A DNA stretch of 64,000 nt from an uncultured Chloroflexia bacterium (GCA_963724345.1 CAVRUI010000003.1:1977449-2041448), one strand, 5' to 3'. Counted from the first letter of the stretch, positions 9,775 to 21,998 are shown. The notes: generated by a model from the sequence alone, not told the origin. A program made the numbers and translations.

Positions 9775-11169
9775 TTATTGACTTAAATTCTCTCCACTCG
9801 TGGAACAAGGCTCCATCAAACTCCAACGCATTGCGTCAAAACCCACCCAATGGAATAATTTTGGATCTTCCCCGGTCAAATTGGAAAGTTGTACGTACGC
9901 GTGCCCGCCGGCTTCAAATTCGTAGATCCCCATAGGCACCCAGGCTCCATTAAACGCTTCCTGGTTGATGTCGACGGTGTCGGATCCCCGGAGGTGCTCA
10001 ATTCGGTAATGGGCGGCTTCCGTCAACCCGGTCCCGCTTGGCACATAGGCCTCCACCAGGTATTTGCCGCATCCTTGGAGGGCAGGAAGCCAGGTAATAA
10101 CCGTTTCGGGAACGGATTGGTTTGCATATGTCCAGAGGAATTTTCCTCCGTGTCCGCTGGTGGAATCCGACCATAAATTAATCCCTGTAAAAACAAATCC
10201 CGGATCGCCGTCATCCACCAAAGCATCCACCGGCGGGAGCCTGGAAAGTACAGATGCGGTCGCATCAAATTCAGCAGTGGTGAGAGGAACCGGCGTCACA
10301 TCTCGGATGATCTGGGTTTCCGCCGAGGCAACGGGCAGTGACCCGGAGTTCAACAGCAATGGGAAGATTATATACAGGCTGATATTCGCAACTCCGTGCG
10401 CAAGTGACGCACCAATGAGGGAGTGAGTCTTCCATACCCAATATCCAAAGAGAAGGCCCGCAAAGAGAACAAACAATACATCCTCCAGGGATTGGTACCC
10501 AAAATGCAGAACCGCAAATAATAGCCCGACGTACAATAGGCCGAATTTTCCCATGATTTGCATCGAAGCGGACTGCATTAATCCCCGGAAGATATATTCC
10601 TCCAATACCCCGGTAAAAACCAACAATATCAAGGCGGCGGTGATCACATCCACCCAAGTCACATAAGCCGCCAACGGTCCGGGTTTCAGGATCAGATATT
10701 CCACATACCCCAATCCGAAGCCAGCACAACCCATCAACAGTTGGACAGGCCAAGATCCCCATGACCAGCCGATTCTCCGACCCCTGAGGTCCGTAATCCA
10801 CCCGGCGATAAACGCGGCCATAAAAAGAAGGATCCCGATGATCATATACCAATAAATCATCGGAATGCCGAGTTTGCTTAGGGGAATGGATAGACTGAGA
10901 AGCCGGATGAGCGGAGCCAGGGATAATAGAATAAAAAATCGCCGGTGGATTTGCCGATGCAGGAGGGACCCGTGGATTAAAAGCGTCGCAAGAATGACGC
11001 CATGTAGAATCACCCCAAGGAGCGGATCCACCAGTGTGGTGATGAATTCAGCTGCCGTGATGGCGAGGAGATACGCGACGGCCACAAACGTAATTCTCAC
11101 TTCCGGAATGAGGAATCTTCGTCGCACCGTAGCCAACGCATTCCCCCACCGGCGTATCACTTGCTTCAC
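9775..11169 (-). CDS. CPBP (CAAX-protease) family intramembrane metalloprotease-like protein fused to a C-terminal extracytoplasmic domain
   Basis: EEYIFRG, FAVLHFGY and AHGVAN motifs. GTG start with a GGAGG RBS. Confidence 0.7.
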   Translation of the reverse strand: MKQVIRRWGNALATVRRRFLIPEVRITFVAVAYLLAITAAEFITTLVDPLLGVILHGVILATLLIHGSLLHRQIHRRFFILLSLAPLIRLLSLSIPLSKLGIPMIYWYMIIGILLFMAAFIAGWITDLRGRRIGWSWGSWPVQLLMGCAGFGLGYVEYLILKPGPLAAYVTWVDVITAALILLVFTGVLEEYIFRGLMQSASMQIMGKFGLLYVGLLFAVLHFGYQSLEDVLFVLFAGLLFGYWVWKTHSLIGASLAHGVANISLYIIFPLLLNSGSLPVASAETQIIRDVTPVPLTTAEFDATASVLSRLPPVDALVDDGDPGFVFTGINLWSDSTSGHGGKFLWTYANQSVPETVITWLPALQGCGKYLVEAYVPSGTGLTEAAHYRIEHLRGSDTVDINQEAFNGAWVPMGIYEFEAGGHAYVQLSNLTGEDPKLFHWVGFDAMRWSLMEPCSTSGENLSQ

Positions 11170-11218
11170 GCGTTCAACCTCCTGTCAAGACTTTCCCGAT
11201 TTTTAGCATCCAGGCAGT

Positions 11219-12043
11219 TTACCATTGGATGGTCAGTTGGCGATAAGGCCACGGATATCCGACCCGCTCAAGAAATATGTGGATGGGCTGATTACTCCCG
11301 GACTGGAGGTCCAGCTGGATTACTCCCTCCCAAATCGCTCCGTCTTCCAGAGAAATTGGATTAATCTCCGCGATCGCTCTCTCCTCACCTTGCGTAACCA
11401 CGACAACATAATCGCTCGCCATTCCTTCGTGGTTGGCGATTCCAATCCAGATTTGTAAAGGATCATCCTGTTCAATAACCGATCGAATACTCCCCCAACT
11501 CGAAAATTCCTGACTTGGTAGGAAATACAAAGAGGAATACGTCTTGACGGTAGGGGCGGGAAACATAAAATCCTTGACGCCGATGCTTTCTATTCCGAAA
11601 ATAACCGTCCCCAAGATGGCGCCCACGCCGATCCATCCGACTGCCTTCCGCAAGGAGATCCACGATTTCCGTGGGTGGATCGCCGGAAACGCGAAAGAAT
11701 GCCATAGCAGCAATCCTGTGGAGATGAGGATCACGAGGATCTCGATCCCCCAGACCATTTCCTGAGAGAGGGTCTGGGTTGGAAGCCATACCAGCACGAT
11801 GACGGATGCCCATATCGGGAAGAAGGCGGGAACCAGAATTAATGGCTTCCCCGTCTCGGAAGCGCCGGGGGCATGGAAGATGATTCGATCCCAAAAGAAC
11901 CACGCCGGCACCCAAAAGCCATAGAAAAGAAAAATCCACATTGCGGCGGAAGGGATGGCATTCGACAGCACCACAACAACGGCGATTTGTCCGGCGAGTG
12001 CGAGGATTACCGTGCGTATCGATCTGGCATTACGGTTGGACAT
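11219..12043 (-). CDS. hypothetical membrane protein
   Basis: Start MSNRNARS with an AGAGGA RBS, multiple TM segments and a soluble C-terminal domain. No family recognised. Confidence 0.5.
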   Translation of the reverse strand: MSNRNARSIRTVILALAGQIAVVVVLSNAIPSAAMWIFLFYGFWVPAWFFWDRIIFHAPGASETGKPLILVPAFFPIWASVIVLVWLPTQTLSQEMVWGIEILVILISTGLLLWHSFAFPAIHPRKSWISLRKAVGWIGVGAILGTVIFGIESIGVKDFMFPAPTVKTYSSLYFLPSQEFSSWGSIRSVIEQDDPLQIWIGIANHEGMASDYVVVVTQGEERAIAEINPISLEDGAIWEGVIQLDLQSGSNQPIHIFLERVGYPWPYRQLTIQW

Positions 12044-13230
12044 GGTTTTCCTCTTTTCCCGGCAATATGGAGCGACCGGTCCGGGACAGCATGACCTCTT
12101 CCAGCACCGAGTGGATGCCGATGATGTCCCTGGGTTTGCCCACGATTTGATTTTCCCCGATGAAGAAAGCACGGGTGGAAGGCAGACCTGGATCATACCC
12201 GTGCATTCCCTTTCCTTGCCTATGGGCCAGGCTGATGAAATTCGGGACGCATTCGATGCCTTCCTCCATCACGAATATTTCGTCTCCGTATCTATTATCG
12301 GGAAATTGCAAATGGAGGCATTCCCTGTCGGCTTTTGTCAAGATATGCCCCGCTCCACATGCGTTCATCTTGGAGATAATTTCCTCGCGGTGTCCATGGT
12401 CAGACCACAGTGAAACGATGGTGGAATTTAGGAACGCCAAATAATCTTCCCCCAACCGGAATCCGGCTTTTTCCAGGTATTTCCAAACATCGAAGGAGCG
12501 GTCAACGCGCGTCATCCCATGATCGGAGAAGATAAACAAGGAGAACGGCGGTCCCGATCCTTCCAATCCTTTTATCCAATCCGTCAACCGCAAATCAAAT
12601 TTCAGAAGAGATTGCCGATACCATTCCCCCGTAGGACCGAACACATGACCCGCATGGTCCATTTCGGGGAGACAGACAATCAGCGTATCGACGGTTTCTC
12701 CCGCGTGATGGATGCGCGAAATCGCTTGGCGATCCAAAGGATCGCAATATATGTATTCCCATGAATGTCCACTTTTTTTCAGTTGAACGGCGAAATCCGG
12801 CGCCGGCAGGATATGCGCCGGCGGAAACGATCGGTATTCCGACCCGACCTTGCGGAAACAGGGTTGCAGTTTAGCTGGCAGTGCAAAATTTTCCTGCCCT
12901 CTCCATCCCAGCCGCGCAAGCCCGGAGAGAAGAACGTATGCCAGCGCCCGGGGAAAATATTTTCCCGGGACCATCCGAAGCAAAGAAGAAATCCTGGATC
13001 GATCATTCGAACCCCGATAGTATTCGGTCCAGATTTCCATGTTCATCCGGGTACAGGCCCGACCAAATGGAGCAATAGATGCCGCTGGAAAAAGAAAGCA
13101 GAGTCCGAACCGGAGAAAAACCCAAACGGCGTCCGATCGACATCAATCCCGGGGGTTGAAGGGCGATGAGTTGATCGTAACCCACTCCATCCACGATAAT
13201 CAGCAGGTTTCGCATACTATCAATCCGCAA
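12030..13230 (-). CDS. nucleotide pyrophosphatase/phosphodiesterase (alkaline-phosphatase superfamily). Apparent frameshift near 13003-13046.
   Basis: The N-terminal ORF 13003-13230 (LLIIVDGVGYD...SGLYPDEHG) and the C-terminal ORF 12030-13046 (FIFSDHGM...) are the two halves of one NPP-type enzyme in different frames. Confidence 0.6.
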
Positions 13231-14548
13231 TGCTCATGGATGCCTTTTCTTCCGCCGATCGGCTTTTGAAAAGAAGAAACGGCAGGGCCAGCAATCCAGA
13301 TATGCATTGGGAAAGTAAAAAACCCAATGCGAAACCCGAATACCCTCCCCATACGGCTCCCACGAAGGGAAGGAAGGTGCTCCATAGGCAGCTGGCTGCC
13401 GAAAGGAGAAGAATGTACTGTAGCCGGAGGAGAATGCGTTCGCGAGCGACAAAAACTGTGAACAACACCATTGGTAGCGTGCTGAGCGCGAGCATGGGAA
13501 GGACCGATGTGTTGGCCTGGGCATACTCGACGCCGAAGGGAACCAACAACCATTGGGGAATAATAAGCATCGGCAGGGCCGTGACCGCCACGATGAAAAA
13601 AAGGAACATCGTGGATCGGAACAATCGGGACGTCAGCAATCCATGATCGCGAGAACCCTCCGCCAAAAGGCTTACCGATGCCGCGGTCAATACCGAACGG
13701 GCGATGGAGGTAATGGTCCACGCCAGCGTGAAATACCCGTTTATCGCAGCTCCCATTTGGTGGATGACGATGAGTGGCAATACCATCGCCGGAACAGTCC
13801 CGATAATCGTCACCACATGGTTCGGGAGCGCGAATCCAATCAAGGTGGGAAGTTTCGGATGCCAAATTCCCCCCCAAGATTTCCAGGCCAGGCGTAAATG
13901 CTGGCGGATCAATCCCACGCTGAGAACCGCGACAATCCCTAATGAAAGGGTAAAGGAGAGCACCACCCCCAATTCCCGCAGAAAAGCGAAGGGGATAAGG
14001 ACGGCAATTCGTGCGACCGCATAGACCAGGCTCCGCAAATAGACATGCCACGGGGCGCGTAACGCAACCAGGGCGGCTTCGCAGATTGTCCAGACCGCCC
14101 CCGCGGATACCAGCACCATATACAGCAGGATACTCAGAATCGGGGATCCAGCGATCGACTCAACCAAGCCAGCGGCGATGCAGATCGCAATCCCGATCCC
14201 CCCGCCTACTGCGCCGGTGATCAGAACGATCCATAGAAGACTAAAGAAAAAACTCGGATCTTTCTCGACTTCTTTTGCATATCGGAGTAATCCATGATTC
14301 GCACCAAGAAGGAAGACCGTTGAAAAAAGCACGTTGGGTGCGAGAAACGCCGAGGCGATCCCGATTTCTGCAGACTCATAATAGCGCGTGGCCAACATCC
14401 AAAATACAACCCCGGACACCAGAACCACCAGCTGATTGGCGCTAAGGATGTAGGTACTGCGATGAAGTGGATCCCTCCAATGGGAGCGTATCGTCTCCCA
14501 TATCCGAATCGGCCAGCGGAATATTTTCACGGGGCTGCGGAGAATCAT
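13220..14548 (-). CDS. Wzx-type oligosaccharide flippase (MOP superfamily)
   Basis: 442 aa with approximately 12-14 TM helices and typical polysaccharide-biosynthesis-protein topology. Translationally coupled to its neighbours. Confidence 0.7.
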   Translation of the reverse strand: MILRSPVKIFRWPIRIWETIRSHWRDPLHRSTYILSANQLVVLVSGVVFWMLATRYYESAEIGIASAFLAPNVLFSTVFLLGANHGLLRYAKEVEKDPSFFFSLLWIVLITGAVGGGIGIAICIAAGLVESIAGSPILSILLYMVLVSAGAVWTICEAALVALRAPWHVYLRSLVYAVARIAVLIPFAFLRELGVVLSFTLSLGIVAVLSVGLIRQHLRLAWKSWGGIWHPKLPTLIGFALPNHVVTIIGTVPAMVLPLIVIHQMGAAINGYFTLAWTITSIARSVLTAASVSLLAEGSRDHGLLTSRLFRSTMFLFFIVAVTALPMLIIPQWLLVPFGVEYAQANTSVLPMLALSTLPMVLFTVFVARERILLRLQYILLLSAASCLWSTFLPFVGAVWGGYSGFALGFLLSQCISGLLALPFLLFKSRSAEEKASMSIAD

Positions 14549-15680
14549 CTGTCCCCGCTTTTCTCACGGAGCATGCCGACAAATTGCGGCGTATGCTTAT
14601 ACCGTGCGGCAAGCTTCCGGCAGGCCTCCCCGGGAAATGCTTCGTTCGCCTCCTGCCCCAACCGGTGCTGAAGATCCAGCGCCAGCGCGTGAGCATCGCG
14701 ATAAACGCCGGCAATTGCCCGCCGGACCGGCACGAGTTCCCCGTGCAAGATCCGCCAGGCGAAGTATCCGGCGTCGCTCGCAAATCCCGGTGCACCGGGG
14801 GCCACTTTTCGGGCAATGGGCAACCAGTCTTCCGGAACGGTCAACCCCAATCTCGCCAAAGTTGAAAAAGCAACCGGAAAAACCTCCCCGGCCAGATCGG
14901 AAACCCTATTTCGAAAGAAAGACGGATTTTCGTTCAGTTTTGCCCGATAGGCCGCATGAATTAATTCCGCTTCCGCCGGATCGAATTCGGTATCCAGTTC
15001 GGATTGGCGCTGCATCCTTTCGCGATACGAGGCGGCATACCGTTTCTTCCCTATTAAAACCGCTTCGCTGCATGCCAAGATCAGTTTAAGGAATTGATAA
15101 TTATTTGTGCTTCGTTCCGGATCGGATAATTTTGAAAATGGTGACGTACCCGAGGCTCCAAGCCCGCCGATTGTTTCGCAGAGACGATTCCCAATTAATC
15201 TTAATCCTTCCCAACCGGAGATTTGATCACCCCGCGCAATACCCGGCCAATTCCTTACGGAGGGGATCCGAAAAGAATCCGCGAATTGGTTTTTAATTCC
15301 AGCATGTATGGTGTTGCCATTTTCCAAAACCGGGATGCGTGATAGGCATAGCCCATTGTGATCCAATCCATGGTTTCCAGTAAGGGGAGGCTTCTCCGAA
15401 GTGCACCCCGGCACGCTTCCACAGCCAGCCACGCAGTGACCGGATTCCGCTCGGGAAGGACGAACGTGAAATCCACATCGCTCAATAGCCGGCCTTCAGG
15501 ATCGAACGTGCTCTCCCCTCTGGCGGCGCCGCCCACAATCAAAATGGACTCGTACCGGCCGCGAATCACTTCTTCGATTTGGGACGCCGTCCAAAGGATG
15601 CCTTGTTCCAACTCCTCCTTGGATCCGGGATCGATCCGGCTTCCCTTCACGAACGGAGCCTGTGCACGCCTAAGGAACAT
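14545..15680 (-). CDS. nucleotidyltransferase-fold (Pol-beta superfamily) protein. Apparent frameshift within 15255-15432.
   Basis: N-terminal ORF with the GG..G.S..SDVDF motif. The C-terminal remainder is in another frame. Confidence 0.5.
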
Positions 15681-17253
15681 TGCCGGTTTTCCGAACGAAA
15701 ATCCGAACTTCCCCGTTGCTGTATACTTCCTGAAAATCGCGCGCTAGGATCTCCATTAACTCCTCCAGGCTGTGCTCCGGAGTCGGATTCAACATCACTG
15801 CGTTGATCATCTGTTGTGAGAGTACGACCACCTGGGCTTTATCAATATCCTCCCAGTGCAGGCTTCCGCGGACAGCCAGGATATATTTAAAATCCGGGGA
15901 AAGCGGCAAATTAAATCCGTTCGAATACACACGGATTGGCCCCGGCATACCCTCAAGATACTGCAAAGCCGCCACCTCGCCCTGGGTAACCCGGTCGACC
16001 GCGCCAATCCCGAAATAGGCCACTGATGCAGCCAGAAACACAAGACTGGCCAGCAGGAATACGATTGAAATTCGGATTTTCCCAGGTGAAAATCTTCCCC
16101 AGAAACGCTCCCATGCTTCCGCGAATAATATCGCACAGGGAAACAACGCAAATAGCAAGACCCGGTCAAAAAAATCCCGGTAACTAAAAAATAATAGAAA
16201 CGCAGGGAACAATGCGCAACCCCATATCAAGATAAAGTACCAGATCTTGGTCCGCCACAGGCTGAGAAAGGAGAGCAACAGGATGATCAGCAAGGCAACC
16301 AGGAGGATACGGTGCAGGACGACATAGGACTCGATTTGCGGCACAACGGGCGAATCCACGATAGGGAGCCGTTTTTCCTCCTGAAATGCGGTCAGTACGA
16401 CGCGTACCGCCTGGGTAAAGATCCAGTCCGCCCGATACATCGTCCAGGCGGCATACCCGATCAAAAAGGTTCCGGCAAATGCAAGGGTTTTTTGGATACT
16501 CCCTTTCCCCATATCGGTGACAACGAAAGTTGCGATTATCAATCCCGGCAGAGCCAGCAAAGGCGTGGTCGGATGAAGAATGATAATCACCGCCAGATCC
16601 AGCAACAACAACGCTCGCAGCCAGATCGACCGGCTGGCGACCGGAATCAAGCCCAATGCGATCAAAAACAATAAAAATCCTAGCGTCTGTGGAGAAGCAT
16701 TAATCCGAAGGTAAAACACATCCCCAAAAACAAAAAAGAAAAACAGGAACATCAAAGAAGAACTGGGCGACGAGAAGAAACGATCCCGCCAAGTAACGAT
16801 GATCAATCCCAAAGTCAATAGGTATCCGATCGTCATGCCCACGGGGAAGAAACGTGCCAAGGTCCACGAATCCGATCCACTGACATGCAAAATGAACGCG
16901 ATCAGCGAGCCGAAAACAGCGTACGATTGGCCGTAGGTGTTGATCACCTCGGCTCCCTGCGAGAAGATGATCGTGTTGTTGATGGAATCGTGCATGACGG
17001 CGTACGGATACATGAAACTGATCGTGGCGATGAAATAGAAAGCCGTTAAAAAAACGGCAAACAGGCGCTGTCGGCTGGAGCCTAGAAAAAAGGCCGCGAT
17101 GGTGAGCAACAAACCCACCCAGAAGTAAGCTCCCAACTGCAGGAATGGCGCGGTCAAATCCAGCGATGACGAACCGGTCTGGAAGGCGGTAAGGATCCAG
17201 AGGATTAAGCCGCTTCCCAACAGAAGCCAGACGATATTCTCCCGGTTGGGCAT
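15670..17253 (-). CDS. large polytopic membrane protein with a C-terminal extracytoplasmic domain. Candidate glycan polymerase or membrane glycosyltransferase.
   Basis: At least 12 TM helices over about 400 aa, then a soluble approximately 120-aa domain. Sits between the flippase and the glycosyltransferases. Confidence 0.5.
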   Translation of the reverse strand: MPNRENIVWLLLGSGLILWILTAFQTGSSSLDLTAPFLQLGAYFWVGLLLTIAAFFLGSSRQRLFAVFLTAFYFIATISFMYPYAVMHDSINNTIIFSQGAEVINTYGQSYAVFGSLIAFILHVSGSDSWTLARFFPVGMTIGYLLTLGLIIVTWRDRFFSSPSSSLMFLFFFFVFGDVFYLRINASPQTLGFLLFLIALGLIPVASRSIWLRALLLLDLAVIIILHPTTPLLALPGLIIATFVVTDMGKGSIQKTLAFAGTFLIGYAAWTMYRADWIFTQAVRVVLTAFQEEKRLPIVDSPVVPQIESYVVLHRILLVALLIILLLSFLSLWRTKIWYFILIWGCALFPAFLLFFSYRDFFDRVLLFALFPCAILFAEAWERFWGRFSPGKIRISIVFLLASLVFLAASVAYFGIGAVDRVTQGEVAALQYLEGMPGPIRVYSNGFNLPLSPDFKYILAVRGSLHWEDIDKAQVVVLSQQMINAVMLNPTPEHSLEELMEILARDFQEVYSNGEVRIFVRKTGNVP

Positions 17254-17257
17254 TCTT

Positions 17258-18439
17258 TTACCCGGCATAAAGTCCTTCCATCAGATCGATCTCGCGAGAG
17301 AGTGAGAATTTTTTTCGGATGCTCTCCGGTCCCAACCGGCGGGCGGATGCCTGCAATCCCTTATCCTCGAAACAGCGGCGGATCGCCGTCGCGAGAGCGG
17401 TTACATCTCCCGGTGGGACGAGGATTCCGGTAACGCTGTCATCAAGGAGTTCCGGAATCCCTCCGATCCGGCTGGCAACAACTGGAATGCCGGCACGGAG
17501 AGCCTCCAGAATGACGATCCCTGCCGGTTCCGGCCAGATGGAGGGAAGAACCAGGCATTTTGCCTGCGCCATCGTCTGAAACAATACCGGCGGTGGCTGC
17601 CAACCCAGCACCTGAACATTCGGCAATCGGGATGGATTAGTTCTTCCGGCCACCAACAGGCGGTAACCCCGGAGTTCTTCACGGGAAAAGGCGCGCAACA
17701 GCAGAGAATATCCTTTTGCTTTTGTCACCCGTCCCGCAAATAAGGCATAGGATAAATCATTTTCACGTCCGGTAAAAGGGATCTCCGGAGAGATTCCGTA
17801 TGGAACAACGGTAGACCCAATTCCCAAGACCCGGTCCACCAGATCCGATACATATCGGGTGGCGGTCACGACAAAATCGCAGTCTTTCAGCAGACGGCGA
17901 TGCATGGAACGTTCCGCTTCGATGGCGAATAAATTAAAACTGCGCAGAGTGGTCGGCGCCCGGAGCCGGCAGAACCTGCAATCCAGCCACGTCGGCCCGG
18001 GACAAACTCGCCAGTTCACTCGTATCATGGACCGCCGGGGACAGATCGGCCAATAATCATGGAGGGTGACACCCTTGCGGCACCCGGTCAGGCGTATGAT
18101 TTCCGGTCCGAGCATCCATATGTTGTGGAAATGGACGACCTCCGGCCGGACTTCTTCCTGCACGCGGGAATAATCCCGTCGGATTTCCTCCGAGAGCTTG
18201 CCCGGCGCGGTCCCCGACGCTATCCAGACGGACCTTGGAAAATTGGGGAAACGCCCAATCCGGAACACGGGAATTCCCTCGCGCATTTCCCGATCCGAGT
18301 CGCTACCGAATTCGCGAGGTGACAACCGAGACGGAATGATTTCTGGCAGCCAACTCTCTGGCCAGATTTTGCAGGTGGGTTTCCGCTCCGCCGATCAGAT
18401 ATGGATCATAGTGATCGGCTACCAGCATGATTCGCATGA
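17258..18439 (-). CDS. GT4 family glycosyltransferase. Apparent frameshift near 18305-18325.
   Basis: The N-terminus MRIMLVADHYDPYLIGGAETHLQNLARELAARNHSVSVVTS ends at a stop, while the C-terminal GT4 domain (ORF 17258-18325) continues in a different frame. Confidence 0.65.
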
Positions 18440-18479
18440 TACTTCTCCGCCGAACTACTGATCGAATAGGCTGAGCCTG

Positions 18480-19638
18480 TTATCCTGTCTCGCGCTTGGA
18501 AATCACCTCTTTGTAGAAGTTCAAATAATCTTCCCCGACCTTGCCCCAGCTTTTCGGCCCAGGCATACGGTCATGCCTTGTGACCAGCTCCCGGGCGATC
18601 CCCTCCGAAAGCGATTGCCTGTCGCCAGGGGGAACCAACCAACCGGCGCGTTCGGGAACCACCTCGGGAAGCGAGCCTGCGCGGTACCCGACGATGTACT
18701 TCCCCGCCGCCCTAGCTTCGAGTGCCACCAATCCGAAACCCTCCAACAGAGAAGGGATCACAACAAGATCGCAAGCTTTATAATATCTCTTTAGCTCGAC
18801 AGGGGATGGCAAAAATCCTGTGAAAGTCACTCTATCTATTATTCCCAAGCCTTCTGCCACACGGGCATACTTGGATATATCGCCGGCGCCCACGACAACC
18901 AATCGATCATGGCGGCGTGAAGCCAGCATGGAAAAGGCATGCAACAAGTCCTAAATCCCCTTGCGAGGTTCCAAACGGCCCACAAAAAAAATCATGGAGC
19001 CATCTTCGATCCTCAATTCTGCCCGTAGGTCGGCGATTTCCCGGGGGGAAAATACATACCCATCTAGATCCGTTCCGAGGGGGATGACCCGGGTTATTCC
19101 AGGATCCAATTTGAACCTGGAAAGGATGTCGGACCGGGAGAACTCGCTGATGGTAAGAATCCAATCCGCTCGGCGGATGGAAATCGCCTCCAAAGCGGGA
19201 GCCAATCCGATTTCATTTCCCGGCTGGGTCACCCGTGCCCAAAGGGATGGTCTTAGGATCTTGACCACACTGGAGGCCAAATGGTACACCGAGACGATGC
19301 GGGGGCACACACATTGCGACCGCTGCAAGGTCAGATCGGCGATTCCGCTGCTGTGCACCAGGTCGAAACCTTTCATTTCAGCATGGATCTTCCCAAACCA
19401 ATACGGCAGCGCCAGCCAAAACCCCGGAATTTTCCATCGCGGCACCGGACCCGAAGGAAGGCGGTGGACGGTTACGCCCTCTTCCATGGTGCGAAGGTAT
19501 CGATTGACAGCTCCCGGAGTGAAAACATGAACCTCGCACCCCTTGCGGGCGATTGAAGAGGTAATGCGGGCGATGGTGACGCCCGCTCCCCCGAGGATAT
19601 GCGGCGGGTATTCCAAGGAGAAGACCGCGATTCTTCAT
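18480..19638 (-). CDS. GT4 family glycosyltransferase interrupted by one in-frame TAG (18951-18953), with an extra homopolymer shift near 19628-19636
   Basis: The N-domain ORF (…FFVGRLEPRKGI) and the C-domain ORF (DLLHAFSMLA…) are in the same frame, separated only by TAG inside the conserved GT4 KG.D.LL.AF block. The true N-terminus MK(I)AVFSLEYPP needs one A removed from gaagaatcg. Confidence 0.6.
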
Positions 19639-19724
19639 CCTATTACCCGTCCACTTTCTCCAATTCCCAGATCGACTGCGCGGCCAGCCTTTGGATATCC
19701 TCACGAAGTATTTCGATCGGGTAC

Positions 19725-20886
19725 TCAGCTCTCATTTCGATTTTTTACAACCTCCGCATAATAATCCGCAAGATCCTTTGCCTTTATCTTTGCATCCAAA
19801 TGATTCCGGATAAATTGCTGCCCCGCATTAATCTTCTCATTCGCTGCAGCCTGGTGCTCCAAAATACAATGAATGGATTCCGCAAGAGCATCAGCGTCTC
19901 CAAACGGGACCAAATCCCCCGCTCCGGCTAATTCTATCAACTGCCCCTGGCCCGCCTCCCTTGCGACCACAACCGGAGTCCCGCACATCAGGGCTTCAAA
20001 GGGGACCAGACCGAACACCTCGTTTGTGGCCGGGGACGCCAATACATCCGCGTCTACAAAAGCCGCCAAACGATCCGCTCCGTAAAGTGGTTCAAGGAAA
20101 TGCACCCGGTTCCCTACCCCCAGTGTTCTGGAATATTCTTTCAGATAGCTCAATTCCCCGTCGTCCGGACCCACGATCAGCAACACGCGGCTCTCGTGAC
20201 TGGCTGGCATTTTAGCAAACGCCTCAACCAAGTACCGGATGCCCTTTCTTCGATGTATCCTGCCCAAATACAAAATCACTTTCGCCGTCCGCGGAAGTCC
20301 CAATTTTTTTTCCCGGAGATTTCCCCGAACCGGAAGGCGGGCAAACTCCTCCAGATCCAGGCCGTTATAGATCAGGCGAATTCGATCCGGTGCGATACCC
20401 ATCTGCCGGTATTGTTCCACTTCTGCGGGCGAAACGGCAATCCATCCCTGCGCGGCAAATGCAATTCTTCGGCCAAAGCAGAGATCGTAGATCCGCTTGG
20501 CCGTCTGCATCCTTTCGATATATGGAACCGTTCCATGCGCGGAGAGAACATCAGGGAATCCGGTACCGCGAAATCCGGGAATGCACGACGATATTTTGAA
20601 AGGACCGTGCCAAATGCAAATGGATAATATCGAACAGCGCGAGGTTCTGTTCAATCCAGGGGATCATACCGGGAGTGAAATAAAAACCAAGACCGGAATC
20701 CCACGCTCGAAAAGTTTTTACATCGAAAGGACCTTCATCAAATCTCGCATCAATTTGCCCGGTATTCCCGCTCAGCACTGTGACGTGATGATTTTGCCTG
20801 CCGAGGTATTTGGATGTCTGATAAACCGCTTGGGCGGCCCCCCCCATTTTCGGAGAAAAAAAAGGAATGACCTCTAAAATTCTCAT
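19725..20886 (-). CDS. GT4 family glycosyltransferase. Apparent frameshift within 20551-20654.
   Basis: The N-domain (MRILEVIPFFSPKMGGAAQAV...) and C-domain (ILYLGRIHRRKGIRYLVEAF...) are in different frames. Confidence 0.65.
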
Positions 20887-20904
20887 CGATGCACGTTTTT
20901 CCCG

Positions 20905-21935
20905 CTAAGTTCCAGTATTGGGTCTTGAATCGGGCGGCGGTCCGGCTTTCCCATATAGCAAGCGGCCTATCCAGGGGTTGCGGCGGATCGCATAAAGAAG
21001 AGCATGCAAAGGGCCGGCGGAGGGCATTTCCCAGAATATTCGGGACAGGGTGCGGTTATGGAATCCCGCCAGGGAGATCCAATCCAAAAACGCTCGTCTC
21101 ATTTTAAACTTCCTTCGACAAAAGGGGTCCGGCCGGGTATTGATCTCCACCTCTTCGAGGTCATTCGGAAAAAGTCCTTCCCTCTTGGCCACCCGGTGAT
21201 GCGCGATGGAGTCCGGGTTTATTCCCATGACCCTGCAGGCCACCGCGCTGGCAGTGCCTGGTCCATCTCCAGCGATGAGGAGATCCATTTTCACGGCATC
21301 CCCGGTCATTGGGCCGGCGCCGTCCAGAAAATAGGTTCCGTCAAAGACCACAAGTTGGGGATTCAATACTCGGTTTATGGCCACAATTTTCCGGTCGAAA
21401 TCAGGATGTTCCTGTAGTCGCATCGCGGAGGGAATGCAACCCCACTGGTTCTTAAACGCCAGGCTGACACCGGTCATGACATGGGTTTTAGGGACTGGAA
21501 GGGTTATAAAAACATCCACCTCATGCAGGAGAAACCGGGGAAGGGTTACACAAACCGGATGGCCGGTGATGACCAACTCCAAAGTTTCGGAGGGGAGTTT
21601 GCTGAGATTGAGCAAACAAACTGCCGGCCGCTCGGCCATCTCGAGCAGACCGTGGCCGCGAAAGGCGTCTTCCGAGCAAAAGGAATGGTAACCTCCGTCG
21701 GACTCGCCAAGCGAGATCTGCCGGGTTCGTTTACGGATAACGGAAATCACCAATTCGATCGCCTTCGGCGTGGTAGTGACGCCCGGACGGTGTTCCGGCC
21801 AGGTGAGATTGGGCTTGATAAAAACAGATGCCCCCGCGGGGATGATCCGCTCCCATTGCAGCCATTGAAAGCCTGGAGAACATCTTCCGGGGTGATCCCC
21901 TCACCGGATGTCCGGCAAATGTATGCCCTGCTCAT
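20905..21935 (-). CDS. DUF362 domain protein. Apparent frameshift near 21800-21870.
   Basis: A re-read in the correct frame gives IIPAGASVFIKPNLTWPEHRPGVTTTPKAIELVISVI, which is the DUF362 core. Confidence 0.55.
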
Positions 21936-21998
21936 ACTAACGCTCCTCGACCGATTTTCCAGTGCGCCATGATTATGATTCTCCTCGCTGTTCCATAG

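Noticed and set aside
18948-18953. Stop-codon reassignment (TAG read as a sense codon) as the explanation for the in-frame amber in GT4 number 2
   Set aside because: TAG terminates folK cleanly and this is the only internal TAG seen in a conserved domain. A global recoding would leave many more in-frame TAGs.
12030-21935. Calling the split glycan-locus genes true pseudogenes (a decaying locus)
   Set aside because: The same kind of single-base homopolymer break hits valS and xylG, which cannot be non-functional in a viable cell. Sequencing or assembly indels are therefore the simpler explanation. The genes are reported as CDS with a caveat.
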